A DNA stretch of 64,000 nucleotides, taken from NCBI GenBank assembly GCA_043788745.1, contig JAYVTO010000310.1:1168-65167 (forward strand). The letters run 5' to 3'. Below the pieces are notes generated by a model that was not told where the DNA came from, searched no databases, and saw nothing but the letters and a program-made list of their open reading frames with translations. This DNA is from Acidobacteriaceae bacterium (GTDB lineage: Bacteria > Acidobacteriota > Terriglobia > Bryobacterales > Bryobacteraceae). Position 1 is the stretch's first letter; each line of letters opens with the position of its first letter. The translations under genes and the position numbers were made by a program. Positions 46,598-54,285 of the stretch are shown here, piece after piece.

Positions 46598-48211
46598 ATG
46601 GCGCGCGGTCCGGGGTACACTAGCGAATTGCCGAACCAATACGATGCCATCATTGTAGGCGGAGGCCACAACGGCCTGGTAACCGCCGCGTATCTTGCCC
46701 GCGCCAAGCGCCGCGTGCTCGTCCTCGAATCGCGAGAACTTGTCGGCGGTTGCGCGGTCACTGAGGAAATCTGGCCCGGATACAAGGTCTCGACCGCATC
46801 CTATCTCTCGAGCCTGATGCAGGAGAAAGTCGTGCGCGAGCTCGAGCTCGCTAAGTACGGCTATCGCGTCGACGCAAAGGATCCCGCGTTCTTCTCGCCG
46901 TTTCCCGATGGCCGATACCTCTTCATGTGGCAGGATCGCGCGAAGACGTTGGCCGAGATTGCGAAGTTCTCGAAGCGCGACGCGGAAGCGTTTCCGCGTT
47001 TCGAAGAGCATCTCGAAAAGCTCGCGGTCGTTGTGGAATCGTTGCTGCTCACCACTCCGCCCGCCTTTCCGCCGAAGTCGCCCGGTGACTTCTTCAACTA
47101 TCTGAAGATCGCTGGACGCGCGCGCGGGCTCACTCGCAAAGAGCTGGTGGGCCTCGTGAAGATATTCACGCAGTCGGCGGCCGACTTCCTGAACGAATGG
47201 TTCGAGAGCGAAGAGGTGATCGTCACGCTCGCCACCGATGGCGTGATCGGGGCGAACGGCGGTCCGAAGTCGGCGGGCACTGCCTACATCCTGCTGCACC
47301 ATTGCATGGGCGGCATCGACGGGCACCGCGGCTTGTGGGGATTTGTGCGCGGGGGCATGGGCGCCGTGTCGAACGCGATCGCGGATTCCGCGCGCGCCTA
47401 TGGCGCCGAGATTCGCGTGAACGCGCGCGTTGCGAAGATCCTCACCAAGGGCGGTCGCGCGACTGGCGTTGTTCTTAAGAACGGCGACGAGATCGAAGGG
47501 AAGGTGGTTGCGTCGAATCTCGATCCGAGCCAAACCTTTCTGCATTTAGTGAATCCCACGGAACTGCCGTCCGACTTCGTCGACGGCATTCGCAAGTTCC
47601 GTTCGGAAGGCACGTCGTGCAAGATCAATCTTGCGTTGAATGGCTTGCCCGACTTCAAGTGTTTGTCGGGGACGCCCGCGCCGCATCACAAAGCGACGAT
47701 GCACATCTGTCCGAGTATCGATTACGTCGAACGCGCATGGGACGACGCGAAGTACGGCAAGCCTTCGCAGAAGCCGCTGCTCGAAATGACGGTGCCGACA
47801 ATGTACGATCCGAGTCTCGCACCCGCGGGCAAGCACATTATGGGCATCTTCCTGCAATATGCGCCGTACACGTTGCGCGGCACGACATGGGATGTCGAGC
47901 GCGAACCGTTCGGCGATCGCGTGCTTGATATCATCGCGGAGTATGCGCCGAACATCAAGAGCATCGTCGAGCACCGCCAGATTCTGACGCCACTCGATCT
48001 CGAACAGCGTTTCGGCATTACGGGGGGGAACATCTTCCACGGCGAGATGAGCATCGATCAGATGTTCGTGTTGCGGCCGCTTGCTGGCTGGGCGGATTAC
48101 CGGACGCCGATCAAAGGCCTGTATCTGTGCGGCTCCGGCGCACATCCTGGCGGCGGCGTGATGGGCGCGCCGGGGCATAATGCCGCACGTGAGATTCTGA
48201 AGGACAACTAA
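46598..48211 (+). CDS. NAD(P)/FAD-dependent oxidoreductase, phytoene-desaturase (CrtI) family
   Basis: YDAIIVGGGHNGLVTAAYLA dinucleotide fold. Amine-oxidase/CrtI-like C-terminus LYLCGSGAHPGGGVMGAPG. Confidence 0.85.
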   Translation: MARGPGYTSELPNQYDAIIVGGGHNGLVTAAYLARAKRRVLVLESRELVGGCAVTEEIWPGYKVSTASYLSSLMQEKVVRELELAKYGYRVDAKDPAFFSPFPDGRYLFMWQDRAKTLAEIAKFSKRDAEAFPRFEEHLEKLAVVVESLLLTTPPAFPPKSPGDFFNYLKIAGRARGLTRKELVGLVKIFTQSAADFLNEWFESEEVIVTLATDGVIGANGGPKSAGTAYILLHHCMGGIDGHRGLWGFVRGGMGAVSNAIADSARAYGAEIRVNARVAKILTKGGRATGVVLKNGDEIEGKVVASNLDPSQTFLHLVNPTELPSDFVDGIRKFRSEGTSCKINLALNGLPDFKCLSGTPAPHHKATMHICPSIDYVERAWDDAKYGKPSQKPLLEMTVPTMYDPSLAPAGKHIMGIFLQYAPYTLRGTTWDVEREPFGDRVLDIIAEYAPNIKSIVEHRQILTPLDLEQRFGITGGNIFHGEMSIDQMFVLRPLAGWADYRTPIKGLYLCGSGAHPGGGVMGAPGHNAAREILKDN

Positions 48212-48229
48212 GCGGCTATACTCGCGGAC

Positions 48230-49417
48230 ATGCGCCGCGTTCTTTGCACATTTGTTTTTCTTGGGTCCGCGTTCGGCCAAACACCTCCCGCAGCCGCTTT
48301 CGTTGGGTCCGCGAAGTGCCAGCCCTGTCACGCGAAGACCTACGTGAGTTGGAAGAAGACGTTGATGGCCAATATCTTTCAGGACGTGAAGGCGCATCCA
48401 GAGGCGATCCAGGGTGACTTCTCGACGCCGAATCCGCTGGTCACGTTCGCAATCAAAGACATCGATTTCACGTACGGCAGCAAGTGGAAGCAGCGCTACT
48501 TCAAAAAGGTCGGCAACGACTATTTCGTTCTGCCCGCGCAATGGGACGTTACGGCGAAGGTCTGGCGGAACTACTACGTCCGTCCGGGAACCGATTGGTG
48601 GACCGCACAGTATCCGGCTGAGCAGATGCAGCGTCCGACTGGCCCAACCTGCGACGGCTGTCATTCGGTGAACTTCAACACGAAGGACAATTCCGTTACC
48701 GAATGGAACGTCGGCTGCGAGCGTTGCCACGGCGCGGGTAGTGCGCATGTGAAGGCGCCGTCGCGAAACAACATCGTGCAACCCGGAGGGCTGGATTCGG
48801 TGCGCGCGAACGACGTCTGCATCCAATGCCACTCCGAAGGCCGTCCGACGCAGAATCCAATCGACGGCCGCTACTATGCGTGGCCCGTGGGCTATCAGCC
48901 GGGCGCGCGATTGGCAGACTTCTGGAAACTTGAGGAGCACACGTTCGGCGCGAATTCGTTCCTCCATTTTCCGGATGGTTCGGCGCACAAGAACCGGATG
49001 CAGGGCAACGATTTCGTTTCGAGCGCGATGCATCAGCGCGGGGTTCGATGCTCCAGTTGCCATGATGTGCACGGAACCAATCACGCCGCGGATCTCATCA
49101 AGCCCGGCAACTCGATGTGCCTGGAGTGCCACGGCCCCGAGTCGCCCAATGGTCCGCGCGGCGGCGTAGCGGAGCACGCGCATCACAAGGTTGACAGCGC
49201 GGGCAGCGAGTGCGCCGCGTGCCACATGCCGAAAATCGCGCAGACGCTCGACGTGGTGAATGTGCGGAGCCACACCTTCCGCTTCATCTGGCCGGGGATG
49301 ACGGACAAATACAAGATCCCGAATCCGTGCACGACGTGCCACAAGGACAAAACGACGGACTGGGCGACACGCGAACTAAAGCGTTGGACGACGATTTCGC
49401 CGTGGCGCGTGCAGTAG
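48230..49417 (+). CDS. Octaheme c-type cytochrome, secreted
   Basis: Signal peptide, then eight CxxCH motifs: CQPCH, CDGCH, CERCH, CIQCH, CSSCH, CLECH, CAACH, CTTCH. Starts 18 nt after the flavoprotein stop. Confidence 0.9.
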   Translation: MRRVLCTFVFLGSAFGQTPPAAAFVGSAKCQPCHAKTYVSWKKTLMANIFQDVKAHPEAIQGDFSTPNPLVTFAIKDIDFTYGSKWKQRYFKKVGNDYFVLPAQWDVTAKVWRNYYVRPGTDWWTAQYPAEQMQRPTGPTCDGCHSVNFNTKDNSVTEWNVGCERCHGAGSAHVKAPSRNNIVQPGGLDSVRANDVCIQCHSEGRPTQNPIDGRYYAWPVGYQPGARLADFWKLEEHTFGANSFLHFPDGSAHKNRMQGNDFVSSAMHQRGVRCSSCHDVHGTNHAADLIKPGNSMCLECHGPESPNGPRGGVAEHAHHKVDSAGSECAACHMPKIAQTLDVVNVRSHTFRFIWPGMTDKYKIPNPCTTCHKDKTTDWATRELKRWTTISPWRVQ

Positions 49418-49477
49418 GTAGTGCGCTGACCGCGTGATTCGGATCGAAACGATCCCCGCCGTAACCGGCTGGGCTAT

Positions 49478-49501
49478 AACCCCGGGTTTCAGCCCGGGGT
49501 T
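49478..49501. repeat. Palindromic hairpin AACCCCGGG-TTTCAG-CCCGGGGTT (variant of the ATAACCCCGCCC-TTCA-GGGCGGGG family)
   Basis: It shares the ATAACCCCG lead-in with the copies at 35936-35955 and 44961-44980. It may also act as terminator for the cytochrome operon. Confidence 0.6.
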
Positions 49502-49663
49502 GTTTCCCCCCTCTGTCCTAGCACTAGTGGAGTGCGGGCGCATGTCCTGAGACTTGACAATTCGCACACCTGCGTTCGCGATTCGGTGTAACGCGCGGAT
49601 AGCACCGAACCGCGACCGCAAGGGAGCGGGCCGCATAGTACGCGGGATTTGAGCCGCACGACA

Positions 49664-50263
49664 CTACATGGCGGCGTCGCCGTCGAGACTACGCCACAGA
49701 TACCAACTGGCGACGGACGCAAACGGACGCCACGGCTCGGCGAGGTGCGTCATCTCGTCCGGTTTCGGCAAGGCGTCGAGTGCGAAGACGTTCTTCATTG
49801 CAGCGCGAATCGCAAGGTCGCCTGTAGGCAGGATGTCCGGACGGCGCAGCGCGAAGATCTGAAACATGTGGACCGTCCAAAGGCCGACGCCTTTGACGGC
49901 GGTAAGGCATTCGACGACTTCGGCGTCGGACATGCCGCGCAGCGAGGCAAAGTCGATGTCGCCATCTTGTGTCTTTCGGGCTAAATCGCGGAGGTATTCC
50001 GCTTTCTGCTTCGACAGCCCAAGCGAACGGAGTTTGTCCTGGCGCATTTTGAGAATGCGCTCCGGCGTGACTTCGCCGGCTGCGGCTTCGAGTCGCCCGT
50101 AAATGGTAGACGCGGCCTTTCCACTCAGTTGCTGGAAAACGATCGAGCGGGCAAGCGTGGAGAATTGCGGTTCGCTGTACTTGATCTTGTACGGGCCGAC
50201 GGCTTCCATCACGAGCCGAAGCGGCTCGCTGCTCGACTTCAAGTGTTCGACAGCTTTCTTCAC
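49664..50263 (-). CDS. HhH-GPD DNA glycosylase (AlkA / 3-methyladenine glycosylase II-like)
   Basis: IVFQQLSGKAASTIYGRL, HhH-GPD loop LTAVKGVGLWTVHMF, catalytic-Asp context PTGDLAI. Start set at GTG 50263, 5 nt after GGGAGG. The ORF extends to 50398. Confidence 0.8.
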   Translation of the reverse strand: MKKAVEHLKSSSEPLRLVMEAVGPYKIKYSEPQFSTLARSIVFQQLSGKAASTIYGRLEAAAGEVTPERILKMRQDKLRSLGLSKQKAEYLRDLARKTQDGDIDFASLRGMSDAEVVECLTAVKGVGLWTVHMFQIFALRRPDILPTGDLAIRAAMKNVFALDALPKPDEMTHLAEPWRPFASVASWYLWRSLDGDAAM

Positions 50264-50427
50264 GACGGCCTCCCGGTTTCTTCTAGAGTATTGGATACTG
50301 CGACGCAGTACGCTGTCCTCTCGGCGGAAGCGCGTGCCATGGCTACGCCGATTCTGCCGGGCCCCAATACCAACTTTCGCGATCCGCGCTTCGGACAACT
50401 GCCGCTGCAGCAGACCAACTTCCCGCG

Positions 50428-51639
50428 TTACATCCAGCCTGCTGCGAAGCTTGTGTTCTGAACCGGCCTTTGGAATGCGGCGGATCCGTTGGTCTGCACC
50501 ATGGCTTTGGCCATCTGGAGCAGTTGCCTCTTGAGACCCGAGGGAAGCGGGATTTCACTGGTCTCGTCGTCGGCATGTTTCAGCTTGAAATCGCGGTAGT
50601 CGAAAACGCCGGAGACGGAAAGACCGCAGAGTTTCTCGGCCTGCGACGCCGAGGGCAGTTGGCTTTGTGGCGTTTCGCGCAGCAAGAGCGAACTTCTCGC
50701 CTTGAGGCCGAGCGAATCCAGGAACTCAGCCTTGTCGCGCGCCGCGCCAAGCGACAACGGATCGCCGGTGGTGACGACAAAGATCGTGTGTGCCGACCGC
50801 AGAACTTCGAGGGAATACGATTCCATGTTTCCCGAAAGGTCGGCGCACACAAAGTGGTAGACCGCTTCGACGTATTCCAGCAGCTTCCGCACGCCGTCGG
50901 CCCGCAAGGGCCGGCGTGTATTCAACTTTCCGGCGGTCAGAACATCCAGGCGGTGCAACCGGGCGATGATCTGTTCCCAACGCCATTCATCCATGATGCC
51001 GAGGCCGTCGATCGCGTCGCGAATGGTGAGTCCGTGGTTGAAGTTCAAGACAAAGCGAACGGAACTCGACACCAGATCGAAATCCGTCAACAGAACTTTC
51101 CCCTGCTGCGACTCCGCCAAGGTCTTCGAGAGATGGCAAGCTAGGGTGCTGGTGCCTGCTCCGCAACGCGCCGGAAGAAACGCGTAGACGCTGGAGAGAC
51201 TCTTCTGCAGAGGGCGCTGTTCGGTGATAGCGGCCATTCTTCGCAGCACATCCTGAATTTGGTCCCGCTCAAAGGGAGCCTTGACGATTTCCCGGACGCC
51301 GGAGCGCATCCATTCCGTGACAGCCCGCGAATCGTCTAAGCGATTGAAGGCGACCACCGGAGTTCCGCGCAGTTGCGTCTCGAGTTCGTTCATCACGCCG
51401 GAAGCTGCGGACGCCGATTCAAGGCCGAGGAAGACCACGTCGGGCGGAAAAAGGCGTACGATCCGAGCCAGTTCCTCCGGCGAGGGATAGTGGTCCACGC
51501 GCCAAACGTTGCCAACACGGTTTTCCTTCGAAAGGGTCGGCTGCAGTTTCTCCCACGCCGCCGCTTCCCCTCCGATCACGAGTACTCGATTGACGATCAT
51601 TGCCATCGGATTGATGACGTGGAGCACGCCAATCGCCAT
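50428..51639 (-). CDS. TadZ/CpaE-like ATPase with degenerate receiver domain
   Basis: N-terminal pseudo-receiver: VLVIGGE in place of the acidic pair, and PDVVFLGLE in place of the phospho-Asp. ParA/MinD-like C-domain with atypical Walker A ARCGAGTSTLA. The start is uncertain (51639, 51606 or 51600; the ORF runs to 51771). Confidence 0.7.
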   Translation of the reverse strand: MAIGVLHVINPMAMIVNRVLVIGGEAAAWEKLQPTLSKENRVGNVWRVDHYPSPEELARIVRLFPPDVVFLGLESASAASGVMNELETQLRGTPVVAFNRLDDSRAVTEWMRSGVREIVKAPFERDQIQDVLRRMAAITEQRPLQKSLSSVYAFLPARCGAGTSTLACHLSKTLAESQQGKVLLTDFDLVSSSVRFVLNFNHGLTIRDAIDGLGIMDEWRWEQIIARLHRLDVLTAGKLNTRRPLRADGVRKLLEYVEAVYHFVCADLSGNMESYSLEVLRSAHTIFVVTTGDPLSLGAARDKAEFLDSLGLKARSSLLLRETPQSQLPSASQAEKLCGLSVSGVFDYRDFKLKHADDETSEIPLPSGLKRQLLQMAKAMVQTNGSAAFQRPVQNTSFAAGWM

Positions 51640-51712
51640 CCTGGAATCGTGCGGGAATGAACTACCTGGGGCACTTGACTGAGACACAAGGTCGCGCCGA
51701 ACGTCCGCCGGA

Positions 51713-54250
51713 TTGAGACATTCTGTCTCGTTTGTCCGTCCACGCCGGAGAATCTCCTTCTCTGTCATCACGGGTATCTTGGCATGGTACCTGCTGGTGC
51801 GTAGGGTGCCTGTGACCTACGGAAAAACGATCATTCTGGCTATTCTGGTTATCGCGATTCTGCTGTCGACTGGAGTCTCCACGCAGTTCGGACAGTGGGA
51901 ACTGGCCGATACGTCGTTCTATCTCTTCTTCGTTGGTGTGGCCCTACTTGCGTTCGGTCTCCGCGTGAAGCCGCCCTCCCGTGCGAACTCGGCAACGCTC
52001 GAGCACACGTCCATGGGTTTCGTGTTCGTCATCGTCGCCCTCACGAGCTTGTCTCTTCGGGAATCCCTGCAGATTGCCGGATCGACGATCCTGATCCTGT
52101 CCATCTGGCGCCGGCGTTCAGAGACCGACATCATTCTCGCGGACTTGTTGTCGACGGGAACTTCAGCACTTGCCGCCAGCGCCGTTTATCATGCGCCCTT
52201 TCTTGCGTCGCATAGCGTAGAGCCGCCGGTTCGGCTGGTCGTCGCGGCGTGTGCCTGCTTTATTGCGAATCAGCTTCCGATGATTGCGGTCGCGTCGCTC
52301 ACCCAGCGCGATTGGTTGAGGAAGACCAAAGAACTTGTCCAGGTCTGGACCTTTCCGTACTACCTGATGGCCGCCGCCATCGCCGTTGCATTCTCGTACC
52401 TGCAGCGCTTCCTAAACTGGCAGGTGGCCATGCTCGGTGCGCCGGTGATGTTCCTCACCTATCGCTCGTACCGGTTGTACGTCGATCGTCTGGAGCGCCA
52501 AAAGGCGCATTCCGTGGATCTCGCCGGACTTCATCTGCGCGCGATCGAGGCGTTGTCTCTTGCCATCGAAGCCAAAGACGAGATACCCGATCAGCACCTT
52601 CGCCGGGTTCAGATCTATTCGCTCGAGTTGGGCAAAGCACTCCGCATGACGGAGCGAGAGCTCGAGGCTCTGCGCGCCGCCGCCGTGCTCCACGATATCG
52701 GTACCCTCGCGGTACCGGAACACATTACGGGAAAGCCGGGCCGACTGACGCCGGAAGAGTTTGAGAAGGTCAAGATCCACACCCGCGTGGGGGCCGAGAT
52801 CATCGAGCGCGTGAACTTTCCGTATCCCGTCGCGCCGCTGGTGCGTTCCCACCACGAACGGTGGGATGGAAGCGGATATCCGGATGGGCTGCGCGGCACG
52901 GAGATCCCGTTGGGTGCGCGAATCCTTGCGGTGGTCGACTGCGTCGATTCCTTGGCGAGCGAGCGTCGTTGGAGAGCGGCTCTGCCGCTGAACGAAGCCG
53001 TCGCAAGAGTTGCGTCCCTATCGGGTACGGCCTTTGATCCGCGGGTTGTCGAGATTCTGGTGAAGTCGTATGCCGAATGGGAGGCGACGGCCGAGCTTCA
53101 AGGTGCATACCGCGCACGTCTGTCGATCGGCGCCAAGATCGAACGCGGACATGCTCCGGCCGCCGGTTTCGAAACGACCGGTCCTGCGAGCCTCGGGGGC
53201 TTCCTGCAATCGATCACGGCTGCTCGCGAAGAGGAGCAACTCTTGCTCGAACTGAATCAGCAGATCGGAAACTCGCTCGCTCTCCAGGAGACCTTCTCTG
53301 CCGTTGCAACGCGCCTGAAAAAGCTTGTGCCCTATCATGCGGTCGTTCTCTTCGTGCAAAGGGGCGATCGGCTCATTGCGCAACAGGTGGCAGGCGACCA
53401 TCTGGCCCTCTGTTCTTCTCTACAGATTCCGATTGGCCGCGGGGTGTCGGGCTGGGTTGCGGCGAATGGCAAGCCCATGCGCAATGCCGATCCGGCACTC
53501 GAAATCACACACCTGTCTTCCGGCGTGCGCAACAGCCCTTTCGCGTCGGCCTTGTCGGCTCCGCTGGCTGGGGCGGACGGCTTGCAGGGTGCGCTTACGC
53601 TCTATCACGCGCATGTCGATGCCTTTAGCGCCGAGCACCTTCGGCTCTTGCTCGCCATCGCGCCAAAGCTTTCACAGGCTGTCGAGAACGGGCTGAAATT
53701 CAAGCGCGCGGAAAACTCGGCGACGATGGACTATCTGACGGGCCTTCCGAACGCGCATTCGCTGTTCGAACACCTGGAACGCGAGATCGACGTCAGCCGC
53801 TGTTTGGAGACGCCGCTGGCGGCCCTGGTCTGCGATCTCGATGGATTCAAGCCGGTGAATGACCGGCTTGGTCATCTGACGGGCAATCAGGTTCTGCGGG
53901 CGGTCTCGGCTGCGCTCAAAGCGGGCTGTCACGAATACGATTACGCCGCGCGCATGGGCGGTGACGAGTTCGTCATTCTATTGCCGAACCTGTCGCGCCG
54001 CGAGATCGATCACCGCATCACGCAACTGCGCCAGGCGATCGTTGTGGCCGGCTTTGAGGTTTGCGGCCAGGAGCTGGTGAGCGCCAGTTTCGGAGTCGCG
54101 CAGTTCCCGCTCGACGGCAATAGCGTCGACGAACTGCTCGCCTCCGCGGATCGCGACATGTATCGCGATAAAGAGGCGCGAAAGGCCGGCGTCGCCCACG
54201 TCAAGTTGAACATCCAGAGGATGCCGGGGCGCGATCGCCGCACGGGCTAG
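51713..54250 (+). CDS. Membrane sensor with HD-GYP, GAF and GGDEF domains (c-di-GMP turnover)
   Basis: Several N-terminal TM helices. HD-GYP: VLHDIGTLAVPE ... HHERWDGSGYPDGL. GAF-like middle. GGDEF: RMGGDEFVILL. TTG start at 51713; the true start may be downstream. Confidence 0.85.
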   Translation: MRHSVSFVRPRRRISFSVITGILAWYLLVRRVPVTYGKTIILAILVIAILLSTGVSTQFGQWELADTSFYLFFVGVALLAFGLRVKPPSRANSATLEHTSMGFVFVIVALTSLSLRESLQIAGSTILILSIWRRRSETDIILADLLSTGTSALAASAVYHAPFLASHSVEPPVRLVVAACACFIANQLPMIAVASLTQRDWLRKTKELVQVWTFPYYLMAAAIAVAFSYLQRFLNWQVAMLGAPVMFLTYRSYRLYVDRLERQKAHSVDLAGLHLRAIEALSLAIEAKDEIPDQHLRRVQIYSLELGKALRMTERELEALRAAAVLHDIGTLAVPEHITGKPGRLTPEEFEKVKIHTRVGAEIIERVNFPYPVAPLVRSHHERWDGSGYPDGLRGTEIPLGARILAVVDCVDSLASERRWRAALPLNEAVARVASLSGTAFDPRVVEILVKSYAEWEATAELQGAYRARLSIGAKIERGHAPAAGFETTGPASLGGFLQSITAAREEEQLLLELNQQIGNSLALQETFSAVATRLKKLVPYHAVVLFVQRGDRLIAQQVAGDHLALCSSLQIPIGRGVSGWVAANGKPMRNADPALEITHLSSGVRNSPFASALSAPLAGADGLQGALTLYHAHVDAFSAEHLRLLLAIAPKLSQAVENGLKFKRAENSATMDYLTGLPNAHSLFEHLEREIDVSRCLETPLAALVCDLDGFKPVNDRLGHLTGNQVLRAVSAALKAGCHEYDYAARMGGDEFVILLPNLSRREIDHRITQLRQAIVVAGFEVCGQELVSASFGVAQFPLDGNSVDELLASADRDMYRDKEARKAGVAHVKLNIQRMPGRDRRTG

Positions 54251-54285
54251 CTGCTCGCACGAGTCGCGTTGCTGGACGCCGAGCC

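Noticed and set aside
46565-47545. N-terminal 327 aa of the 756-aa minus-strand ORF 45275..47545
   Set aside because: This part is antisense to the CrtI-family flavoprotein gene and has no motifs. An in-frame GTG at 46564 gives a perfect signal peptide, so the real gene is 45275..46564.
47546-49342. 598-aa minus-strand ORF
   Set aside because: It is antisense to both the flavoprotein and the octaheme cytochrome genes, whose motifs (GxGxxG, eight CxxCH) are unambiguous.
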